DNA of 64,000 bases from Hypanus sabinus. Taxonomy: Eukaryota. The translations under genes were made by a program, and so were the position numbers. The DNA lies in contig NC_082731.1 of the NCBI RefSeq assembly GCF_030144855.1, forward strand, positions 27,590,001 through 27,654,000. The letters run 5' to 3'. The notes beneath the pieces were generated by a model that did no database searches, was not told the DNA's origin, and saw only the letters and a program-made list of their open reading frames with translations. The stretch's first letter is position 1. The number at the start of each line of letters is the position of its first letter. Below are positions 35,460-47,099 of this stretch, piece by piece.

Positions 35460-38400
35460 AAGATAAGATAAGATATAGGAGCAGAATTAGGCCATTTGGC
35501 CTATCGATTTTTCTCCAGCATTTCATGGTGGCTGATCCAATTTCCCTCTCAGCCCCAATTACCTGTCTTTTCCCAGTACCCCTTTATGCCCTGACTAATC
35601 AAGAATTGATCAACCTCTTCCTTAAATATAGTGAAGGACTTTGGCACCATGGCTGCCTGTGGAAATGAATTACACAGATTCACCATTTCCTGGAAAAAGA
35701 AATTCCGATTCATCTTTGTTCGAAATGGATGACCCTCTATTCTGAGGCTATGTCCTCTGGTCCTAGGCTCTCACACCAGAGGAAACATCATATTCACTCT
35801 ATTGAGGCATTTCAACATTCAGTAGGTTTCAATGAGATCCCTCCCTCATTCTTGTGAATTCCAGTGAACATGGACCTGAGCCAACAAACACTTCTCATAT
35901 GATAAACTTTTCAATCCTGGAATCATTTTGTTAAATTCCTTTGAACCTTCATCAATGTGAGCACATCCTTTCTTAGATAAGTTGCCCAAAACTGTTCACT
36001 CTACTACAGTTGAGACCTCAACAATGCCTTATACTCAACATTATAACCTTACTTTCATATTTTAGTCCTTTTGAAATGGAATTCAGCATTGCATTTCCAT
36101 TCCTCATCACAGACTCAACTTGCAAATTATCCTTAATAGGATCCTGCACAAGGACTCCTAAGGCCCTTTGCACTTCAGATTTTTGAATTTTCTCTCCATT
36201 TAGGAAGTAGTCTATTCTCTTATTTATTTTCCCAAAGTGTATGACCATTCACTCCCCAACACTTTATCATACCTGCCACTCCTTTGCCCATTCTCCAAAT
36301 CTGTCTAAGTATTTCTACAGCCTCTCTGCTTTCTCAACTCTACCAGCCCCTCCACCACTGTTTGTATCATCCACAAACTTGGCCATAAAAACCATCAATC
36401 TGTAATCCAAATCATTGATATTTTACATGAAAAGATGCGGTCCCAACACAGACCCTTGTGGAACACCACGAGTTACCAGCAGCTAACCAGAAAAAGCTCC
36501 CTTAATTCCTACTCTTTGCCTCCTACCAATCAGAGAATTTTCAATCCAGGCTAATATCTCTCCTGTAGTACCATGGGTCATTTGGCACACACACTATGTT
36601 GGAGGAGCTCAGCAGGCTTGGCAGCATCTATGAAAAAGAGTAAACAGTCAATGTTTCAGATTGATGAAGGGTCTTGGCCAGAATCAGATCCAACCCTCCC
36701 CCCCCCCCCCCCCCAGCCTCCAATGCTCCAGAGTAAACAAGCCAAGTTTATGTGGCTTCTCCTGATTGCATGATCCCTCGAAACCTGATAAACATCTTCT
36801 ACACCCTCTCCAAAGCTTCAAAATCCTCCCTCTAGTTCAGCACTGTATGCAGTGCTTCAGTGTGGTCTAACCCAAGTTTTATAAAGTTGCAACATAACCT
36901 CCTGAGTTTTGAGCTCAATGTCTCAACTTGTTAACCATCTTATTGACCTGCTAGCCACTTTCAAGGAGTATGAACTTGGACCACAAGATCTCTCTCCTTA
37001 TAAACACTTCTAAAGACCTTGCCCTTAGAAGTGTACAGTCCCTTTGCATCTGCCCTCCCGAGGAGTAACACCTCACATTTATCTGGATTAAACTCCATCT
37101 GCCATTTCTCAGTCGATATCTGCAGTTGCACTGTAATCTCTGCCAGTCTTCTGCACTGTCCACAACTCCGCCATAAGAAAACATACAGCACTATACAGGC
37201 CTTTTGACCCATAAAGCTGTGCTGAACTTGTCCCTACCTTAGAACTACCTAGGCTTTACCCGTAAACCTCTATTTTCTAAACACCATGTAGCCATCCAGG
37301 AGTCTCTTAAAAGACTCCATAGTTTACACCTCCACCATCACCACCGGCAGTCCATTCCATGCACACACAACTCTCTGCATAAAAAAACTTGCCCCTGACA
37401 TCTCCTCTGTACCTACTTCCAAGCACCTTAAAACTGCCATCTCGTGCTAGCCATTTCAGCCCTGGGGAAAACCCTCATACTATCCACAATATCAATATGC
37501 CTCTTATTATCTTGTACACCTCTATCAGGTCACCTCTCATCCTCCATCGCTCCAAGGAGAAAATGCCGAGTTCATTCACCCTATTCTCATTAGGCATGCT
37601 CCCCAATCGTGGCAATATCCTTGTAAATCTCCTCTGCACCGTTTCTATGGTTTTCACATCCTTCCTGTACTGAGGCGACCAGTATTGAGCACAGTACTCC
37701 AAGAGGCATCTGACCAGGGTCCCATATAGCTGCAACATTACCTCTCAGCTCTTCAACTGAATCCCACGATTGATGAAGGCCAATGCACTGTATGCCTTCT
37801 TAACCACAGAGTCAACCTGCGTAGCAGCTTTGAATGTCCTATGGACTCGGATCCCCAAGGTCCCTCTGATCCTCCACACTGCCAAGAGTCTTATCATTAA
37901 TAATATATTTGGCTATTATATTTGACCTAACAAAATGAACCACCTCACACTTTTCTGGGTTGAACTCCATCTGCCACTTCGCAACCCAGATTTTTATCCT
38001 ATCAATGTCCCGTTGTAACCTCAGACAGCCCTCCATTCTACCTACAGCTCCTCCAACCATTGTGTCATCGGCAAATTTACTAACCTATCACCCCACTTCT
38101 TCATCCAGGTCATTTCTAAAAATCACAAACAGTAGGGGTCCCAGAACAGATCACTGAGTCACACCACTGGTCACCAGCCTCCATGCAGAATATGACCCGT
38201 CTACAACCATTCTTTGCCTTCTGTGAGCAAGCCAGTTCTAGATCCATAGAGCAATGTTCCCTTGGAACCCACGTCTGCTTAGTATCTCAATAAGCCTTGC
38301 ATGGGGTACCTTATCAAATGTCTTGATATTATTCACAGATTTACTAATGCATCCACTCACATTTTCATGTAGGTCATTTATATACATTACAAACAGCAGG

Positions 38401-39500
38401 TAGCACAGACACCTAAGGAATTCCATTAATTACGGACCAGCAGCTTGAACAAGTCCCCTCACCCATTACACTCTGTCTTTTATCTGCAAGCCAGTTCTGA
38501 ATCCAAACAGCCAATTTGCCATGGAGGCCATGCATCTTAACCTTCTGGATTAACCTCCCATGGGGGACTTTGTCAAATGCCTTACTAAAATCCATGTAGT
38601 CAGCAGCCACTGCTCTATCCTCATCAATCTCTCGTGTCACCTTCTCAAAATACTCAATCAAATTGTAAGGCACAACCTGCCACAGACAAAGCCATACTGG
38701 CTCTCCATAATTAGGCAATGGGTTTCCAAATGACCAGATAACCTATCCTTATGATTTTTCTCAAGCAATTTCCCTTTACATGAAGTGACATTCATTGGTC
38801 CATAGTTCCCAGAATTTCCCTTGTTCCCTTCTTAAATAAAAGTGCAACATTAGCCACTCGCCATTCCTCAGGGACCTCACCTGTGGCGAGAGAGGACACG
38901 AAGATCCTGGTCAAGGGCCCAGCAAACTCACCTCTTGCCTCCTTCAGTAACTTGGAGTAAAGCCCATCTGACCCTGAGGACTTATCCATCTTTGCCCTGG
39001 AGGCCCAACACTTCCTCCTCCTTGACCTCGAAGTGCCCTAATGTAGTTATATACTCACTACTGATCTCCTGGTCCTCCATATCCTTTTCTTTGGTAAATA
39101 CTGAATGAAAGTACTCATTTGGCAGCTCACTCACGTTCTCTGCATCCAAGCAAATGTTCCCCACACCCCACGGTCCTTGAGTGGTCCCACCTTCTCCTGA
39201 GTTATCCTCTTCTCTTGATGTGTGTATAAAATGCCTCAAGATTCTCCTTAATCCTACTTGCCAAAGACTTTTCATGGCCCCTCCAGGGTTTCCACATTCC
39301 CTTTAGTTCCTTTCTGGTTTCTTTATACTCTTCTTGTGCTTCATTTGATCTGAACTTCTGAAGCTTTACATACTTTTTCTTTTTTTTTCTTGACTAAATT
39401 CCACAACTCTCTGGATATCCAAGGATCTCTTATATTTCCATCCCCATCCTCCTCCTAACAGGTACATAGCTTTCCTGTACTCTGTGCAATTGCTCTTTAA
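35460..39500 (-). mobile_element. Nested CR1 LINE fragments, with a Penelope terminus at ~36590-36690
   Basis: WQMEFNPDKCEV, LERWRMRGDLIEVYKI, DFSKAFDKVPHGRL, KSSGSDG motifs in successive blocks. Confidence 0.8.
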
Positions 39501-39509
39501 ACACCCTCC

Positions 39510-40865
39510 GCTCTTTCAGGGAGGAAGGCAAAATAAAGTACATTATAGGCTAGTTAGCCAAAACTCAGTGGTTCAGAAAGTATTGAAGTCTCTTATTTAG
39601 GACGAGGTTTTGGGGTATTTGGAGACTAATGAAAACATAAGTCAATGTCACCGTAGTTTCTGCAATGGCAAATCTTGCCTGTCAAATCTGTTAGAGTTCT
39701 TCGAGGAAATAACAAGCAGGGTAGACAAAGGAGAGGCAGTAGGTGTCATTTACTTGGATTTCCAGATTGAATTTGATAAGGAGCAACACATTAAGCTACG
39801 TAACAAGATACAGTTGAATGGCATGCCAGTAAAGTTATTGGCATGGATAGAGGAATGGCTCACAGTTAGGATGCTGCAAGTGGGAAGAAAAACGGGCCTT
39901 CTCTGGTTGGTTGCTTTTGACTAGTGATGTTCCTCGGGGTCAGTATTGAGACCACTACTTTTTACATTGTTTAGTTGTGATTTAGAAAATGGAATTAATG
40001 TCTTTGTGGCAAAGCTTGCAGATGATACGAAGATAGGTGGAGGAGTAGGAAGTGGTGAGGAAGCCTAACCCTAACCCTAACACTAATGCAGTTGGAGGAG
40101 GACTTAGATAAATTGGAAGAATGGGCAAAAAATGGCAGATGAATTATAATCTTGGGAATTGCATGATGATGCATTTTGGTAAAAGGAACAATAGTGCAGA
40201 CTATTATCTAAATGGGGATAATGGGCGAGGCTGTGGTAAATAAGATAAATGTAATTTTGGCATTTATTTCAAGGGCAATAGAAGTTAAAAGCAAGGATAA
40301 TGCTGAGGCTTAATCAGACACTAATCAGGCCGCACTTGGATTATTGTCAACAGTTTTGGGCCCCCTATCTCAGAAAGAATGTTTTCATTGGAGAGGGTCG
40401 TGAGGATGATTCCAAGAATGAAGGAGTTAATATATGAGGAACATTTGGCAGCTCTGGGCCTGTACTCACTGGGATTTGGAAGAATGCAGGGGGATCTCAT
40501 TGATACCTACCAAATGTTGAAAGGACCACATAGGAAGGATGTGAAGAAGATGTTTTTATTGTGGGAGTATGCAGAACAAGTAGGCACAGCTTCAAAATTG
40601 AGGGGCAATCTTTTAGAACAGAGGTTAAGAGGATTTTTTTTAGCCTGAGAGTGGTGAATCTGTGGAATGCTCTGCCACAGCCTGCAGAGGAGGCCAGTTC
40701 CGTGGGTATATTTAAAGCAGAAATTGATAGTTTCCTGATCAGTCAGGGCATCTAAGGATATGGTGAAAAGACAGGTATATGGGGTTGAGTGGAATCCAGG
40801 ATCGGCCATGATGGAATGGCAGGACAGCATTGATGGGCTGAATGGCCTAATACTGCTCCTTTTCC
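39510..40865 (+). mobile_element. CR1 RT 3' half inserted into an older minus-strand CR1
   Basis: GKSCLSNLLEFFEEITSRVDKGEAVGVIYLDFQ. The host CR1 resumes at ~40870 and aligns with the uninterrupted paralog at 49100-49150. Confidence 0.8.
40064..40086 (+). repeat. Short interstitial telomeric-type repeat (CCCTAA)n
   Basis: cctaaccctaaccctaacactaa interrupts CR1 RT coding sequence. Confidence 0.75.
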
Positions 40866-41595
40866 ATGGTCTTACATTTGATGTGGACTTGTCAGAGAAA
40901 AGGTGTTCCCAATTAACGCTTCTTAGCCCTTGTAAATTTCCCTTTGTCAATTTAAATCTCTTCCACAAGGATTATACCTATCCTGGAAATTAGTAAGTTG
41001 TGGTCACGATTTCCTAACTGTTCACCCACTGAAAGGTCAGTCACCTGGCCAGGCTGTTTCCCCAAAACCAGGTACAGTATGGCCCTTCCTTTCATTGGAC
41101 TGTGCACATATTGATTTAAGAAACTTATTTAACATATTCAAACCCATCTGACCCCTTACACTAAGAAGCTCCCCAGTTTATATTAGGGAAGTTGAAATCC
41201 CCCATGACACCAACCCTATTATTTTTACACTTTTCCTTGATCTGATTACATAGCTGCTCCTCAATGTCCCAGTGGCTATTAGGTGGTCTGTAGTACAATT
41301 GCAACCTGCCTACTCCTGAGTTTCACCCAAATGGACTCAGTTTCTGACCCCTCTATTATGTCTCCTCCAAGTGCATATAATGCACCTTAAAGCTTTTTGG
41401 CAACTTCCATAAAAACCTCAGAAACCTATTGACTATTGATAGGCCCAGATAGGGTTGATGTGGAGAGGATGTTTGCGAGAGTGTAGGGATGTAAATATAC
41501 ACAGGCCATTCTCGCCGCTGGCTGTTTGCCGAAGGAAGACAGAGAAGGGAAACACCAGAGAAAAAGTCAGGCAGACACAGTAAACCGGACCTCCC

Positions 41596-41790
41596 ACTTA
41601 CCTGTTTCTATTCCTGCACCCAATGTTTAAAAAGGTCTGCTGGTCCTCCCACCCATCTTTCATCTGGTTAGAGAAACATGCAGACCACCTCCTTCTATTG
41701 GTTCGAGTTCTGCATGTTCCCACGCTCCCTTTTTATCTCCATTGGCTTGCGTGCAGATCCGCCATATGGCTTGCCCTACCATTTGTCATA
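41596..41790 (-). promoter_or_regulatory. Promoter / first-exon-like segment
   Basis: Minus strand: YY1-like ATGGCGG (41759-41765), two CCAAT boxes 44 bp apart (41741-45, 41697-701), and CAG|GTAAGT donor at 41602/41601. Confidence 0.4.
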
Positions 41791-41999
41791 TTTTATAAAA
41801 TCGTAGCAGGGGTTGAATGGCATGAAAAATTTTCAGAAAGGTCAATTTGGTTCGTAAAATTAAAGTGGATGTTTCAACAAAGCTGTAAAATTGTGAAGGG
41901 GTAAAGACTTCTGATTAAACACAGAAAACTTTGGAAACAAAATCGCAGCAGATATAAGCCTGCAACAAATGGTGATGTTTACTAGTTGTTGCCATTTAA

Positions 42000-43460
42000 A
42001 TTATCTACATAACATCCTTGCTTTTATATTCTGGTCCTCTGGAAATGAATGGTAACATCACATTAGGTTCCTCACCACAGACTGCAAATTAACCTTTAGG
42101 GAATCCTGCACAAGGACCTGCAAAACCCTTGTGTCTCAGTGTTTCATATTTTCTGTCCACTTATAAATTAGTCTACATTTTCATTTCTTCTGCCAAAGAG
42201 CATGACCATACAATTCCCAACATTGTATTCCACCTGTCCCTTCATTGCTCATTCTCCTAAGCTGCCTGTCTTTCTGTAGCCTCTCTACTTCCTCAAAAGG
42301 ACCTGCCTCTCGACCCGTCTTCATATCATCTGCAAACTTTACAACAAAGCCATCAAGTCCAACATCCAAATCATTGACATATTATGTAAAAAGAATCAGT
42401 CCCAACAAAGACCTATGTGGAAAACCACTCGTCACTGGCAGCCAACCGTAAATGTCTCCCTTTATTCCTGCTCTTTGCCTCCAACCAATCAGTCACTGCT
42501 TTACATATCCTAGAAAGTTTCCTGTCATATCATGGGCTCATAGCTTGTTAAGCAGCCTCATGTGTGGCAGTTTGTTAAAGGCCTTCTGAAAATCCAAGCA
42601 CTCAACATTAACTGATTTTCCTTTGTCTACCTTGCTTTTTATTTCTACAATGAGTTCCAACAGATTTGTCAGGAAAGGTTTTCCATCGAGGAAACCTTGC
42701 TGACTTCTGCCCACCTTATCATGTGTCTTCAAGTACCCCAAAACCGCATCCTTAACAATTGATTCCAACATCTTCCCAACCTTTTAGGTCAGACTAACTG
42801 GCCTATAATATCCATTCTTCTGCCTCTCTCCGTTCTTGAAGAGTGGAATGACATTTGTAATTTTCCAGAATTCCGGAACCATTGCAGAATCTAGTGATTC
42901 TTGAAAAATCACAACTAATGCCTCTACAATCCCTTGAGCTACCTCTTCCTGAATCCTTGTGTGTTCATCATCAGGTCCAGGTAACTTATCTACCTTCAGA
43001 CTTTTCAATTTCTCAAAAATGTTCTCTGTAGTAATGGTAGCTTCACACACTTCATGACCCCAATGCCTGGATCTTCATTCAGACATCTAGTGTCTTCCTC
43101 CGTGAAGACTGATCCAAAATATTTATTCAATTCCTCTGCCATTTTCTTATCTCCATTACTACCTTTCCAACATCTTTTTCCAGTGGGCCAATACCCACTC
43201 TCACCTCTCTTTTACACTTCATGTATCTGAAGCAACTTTTGGTGTTCTCTTTAATATTATTGAATAGCTTATTTTAGCATTCCCTCTTATTCTTCTTACT
43301 GACTTTTTTATTTGCCTTCTGTTGGTTTTAAATGCCTCCCAAACCCCTAACTTCCCACCAATTTGAGCTCAATTATATGCACTCTCTTTGGCTGTTATGT
43401 TGCCTTTGACTTCCCCTGTTCACCATGGTTGTGCCTTCATGCCTTTTGAACCCTTCGTCC
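42000..43460 (-). mobile_element. CR1 LINE RT fragments
   Basis: KLPGPDDEH.RI..EVA, YRPVSLT, LDFQKAFNKLPH, FADDMK motifs. Confidence 0.8.
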
Positions 43461-45330
43461 TCTACAAACCCCCATCTGAATTCTCAGGCAATGGCAGTGA
43501 GGCATTACAGAGGGTTATCTCCCTCCTGGAAATAGACTAAAAGGGTCAGTGTAAAGGAGTCTTATCCCTTCCTTTAGACCTGGTGGCTGGATTCCATAAG
43601 CTTGGCTCCAAGCTTCTCAGACTGTTCAGGTATTTGATTGGTCCTCTCCTGAACTAGAGGACACAATAAGATAGCGTTTGGACTCACAGAATCCTGTTGA
43701 CTGGAAATGGCTCATTCGTCCTTAAGGGCAGGACTTGGTCTCCAGAAGGTCTCAGGTTCCTTACATTGAAGGCTGCCCTCTTATTAGTTCTTGGTCACAG
43801 GAGAGTCTGGCGCTTGGAACACCATGGTGCAAATAAACCCTCTTACGATGACTGGACTGAGCAATGATTCTGCCCTTCTTCCAGGGTACCAGAGGATCAG
43901 AGGTTTGAGTGGACAGTCAATAATGTAGAATCTAATGTTTTCCACATGAACCCCTATTCTCATCTGCAAATCCACTGTCTGTTGCTGGATCCACCCGGAA
44001 CATAGTGGGCAAATGTCCAAGACAGTTGTGGGCATGGGTTGGCTCAACTCTCAGTGGCATCTCGAACCAATGGGTGGTTCTTAAATCCAGAAAATAACCC
44101 ACTGCCACTGAATCCAGGCAGCTCTCACCTGCCTTACTTTTTTACCCTGGGTGAACTCCACCTTCAGCATGAACCCAGAGTCAGTGGCATTGGGAGCAGT
44201 GACTGCTACCTTCACAGTCCTCCCGATACTGGACGGTCTTAGCCGTCTCGATGGTTGCAGCCTGGGACAGTCGGCCCACCAGTAACATACTTCCCCACAG
44301 TAAAAGCAGCGACCTTGACTTCGACACTGGAACCTTTCATCGGTGGAGAGTCTAGTACAACCAATCTGCATGAATTCCACTGGATCTTGAGCAGATGATG
44401 GGCTGGTTATGGTCTAAGGTTGGGGGGTGAACTGTGATGCGTAGCGACCAGGCTCAGACTGGCTCATATTGATTTCCTGAAGTGGTCCCACTTTTGCTCT
44501 GCCAGATGATTATTGAGACAGATGGACTGATCACTCAAAGCCTCTAAAATCTCAGCTGGCTCTCCCAAGGTGAGGCGTCCTTCAGTTCACCCATGGATGT
44601 AGAACATGACCACAGCCTCCCCATTCCAACTACTCTTCTGGGCCAAGGTCCGAAATTCAATTGCATTGTCGGCCGCAGACCATGTACCCTGTTGAATCTT
44701 CATCAGGTGGTCCAAAGCTCGCTGGCTCCGGTGAAGTGATTAAACACCTTCCTCATGGCAGCCAGGAATTCCTCTGAATCCGAGCAGATCTCTGACCTAC
44801 GTTCCCAATGTGCAGTGGCTCAGGCCAGGGCTCTTCCAGTCAGGAGAGAGATAACTAAAGCCACTTTTCCACACTCAGAAGGGAACTGGGACTGCATTGG
44901 GTGAGGAAGCCAGGGCGAAAACCCAAGTCGTCATCGAATCTCTCCACGGTTGGAAGATGTGCTGGCTGCATAGAAACAACAACTGGCTCTCCCGAGTGAC
45001 CTTGGCTTCCTCCCGAGAAAGTTGATGAACAGGTACCAGGAGGTCGTGAATCACCAGGCCTTGTCTGGAAATCCTTTCACTGTGGCTCACAACAGTGGAA
45101 GAAAGATTTTGATATCCCACTGGATCCAATTTGGCTCAATCGTACTGAGATGAGAGCCTTGATGAGGATGGTTTGGACCCATTTGCCAGGGTAAATTGAG
45201 CAAGGTTCTAGTCACAGTTTCAAACTGGAACTGAGCACAAAACAAATGCTGGATGATAGCACAAGACAGCTTACGATTGAGTACCAAACCTCTGTCTAGC
45301 TGTTCCTTAAAGACTCAATTCCTGGCACCC
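43460..45330 (-). mobile_element. Truncated Ty3/gypsy LTR retrotransposon (gag, protease, start of RT)
   Basis: Gag KVALVISLLTGRALA*ATAHWE; zinc knuckle CFYCGEVCYWWADC; protease remnant LDSVAVGYFLD. No LTR pair recognised. Confidence 0.8.
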
Positions 45331-45999
45331 AAACATGATTATCAATTAGCAGAACTGTCCTGATCCCTTAAAGGGTCCGTGCCAGCGATCCCAACTCCCG
45401 GAAGCTGGTACAGTTGGGAATGTCTCGTAACAAAGACTTCTGGCTGCTCAGGCTCGCCATTGAGAATGCCATGGATGTGATCTGTTCCTGACAGCAGGGA
45501 TGCAACATACCATCTGTATGTCTCTATTGCGCCTATCACCACTGCATTCCTCTTCACCTCTCTCCTCTTCAAAGCCACATTACCAGACTCAGTGCCAGAG
45601 ACCTGGTTATGCTGGCTCCCCTTCAATAGCATATAAAGTTATAGATTTATTATTGAGGGGAATAGACCGAGGTGTTCTCTGCACTTCTTGTTCATTTGCC
45701 CTCCTCCTCCTGAGTCAGACACCCATCTCCTGCAACCTTGGGGTAATCTCCTCCCTGTAACCCCTATCTATCACCGCCTCATATCAGCCACTTCTATGAC
45801 CATTCTCCTGATATTTCTAAGTATTTCTGTAGCCTCTCTGCTTCCTCAACTCTGCCTTCCCCTCCTCCTCTCTTTGTATCATCTGCAAACTTGGCCAAAA
45901 AAGCCATCAATTCCATTATCCAAATTATTGATAGTTTACATGAAAAGAAGCAGTTGCAACAGAGACCCTTGTGGAACAGCACAATTCCCTGGCAAATAC

Positions 46000-46830
46000 A
46001 AAGTACACTGCAGGTGCTGTGGTCAAATGCCTGCCTGCGACTGCCTGGTGCACATGTCCCTCCCCACAGATCTCCCACCTGGTACTTATCCCTGCAAGTG
46101 CAAATGCTACACCTGTCCCTACACCTCCCCTCTTACCACCATTCAGGGCCCCAAACAGCCCTTCCAGGTGAGCCAACACTTCACTTGTGAGTCTGTTGGG
46201 GTCATCTATTGCATCCGGTGCTCCCGGTGAGGCCTCCTCTACATCAGCGAGACCTGACACAGATTGGGGAACCGCTTCGTCGAGCACCTCCACTCCATCC
46301 GCCACAACAGACAGGATCTCCCGGTTGCCACCCACTTAAACTCTGCTTCACATTCCCATTCGGATATGTCCATACATGGCCTCCTCTACTGCCATGATGA
46401 GGCCAAACTCAGGTTGGAGGAGCAACACCTCATATACTGTCTGGGTAGTCTACAGCCCCTTGGCATGAACATCGAATTCTCAAACTTCTGGTAATTCCCC
46501 CCCTCTCCCTTCCCCCATCCCACTTTCACTGTCTCTTCTTCTAGCTGCCTATCACCTCTCTCACAATTCTGCCTTCTTCTGCTACCCATAGTGCTTTCCT
46601 CTTATATTCCTTCTTCACATCTTCTACCTATCCCCTCCCTGCTTCCCTTCCCCACCCCTTGATCTTTCCTTTGATTGGTTTTCCAGCCTTCCCCCACCTT
46701 CTTTAAGGGGCCCCCGCCCCCTTCTTCTTCAGTCCTGATGAAGGGTTCTGGCCCGAAACATTAACTGCTCATTTCAACGGATGCTGCCCGACCCGCTGAG
46801 TTCATCCAACGTGTTTGTATGTCACAATTC
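46000..46830 (+). mobile_element. Penelope-like element 3' part (GIY-YIG endonuclease and pseudo-LTR)
   Basis: FTCESVGVIYCIRCSR..LLYI.ET..RLGNRFVEH...PVATHLNS...LEEQHLIYCLGSLQPLGMN; terminus cagtc-CTGATGA-agggttctggccc-GAAAC. Confidence 0.9.
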
Positions 46831-47099
46831 ACTGGCAGCTAACCAGAAAAGGCTCGATTTTCTTTACCTACTCTTTGCCTTCTGCCAATCAGCCAATATT
46901 CTATCCATGCCAGTACCTTTCCTGGAACACCATGAGTTATAAGACAACACACATAAAATGCTGAAGGAGCTCAACAAGCCTGGCAGCATCTGTGAAAAAG
47001 AGTCAACAGTCAATGTTTCAGACTGATGAAGGCTCTTGGCCCAAAACATTGTTTGTCTACTCTTTCACATAGATGCTGCCTGCCATCATCCCACCTTTA

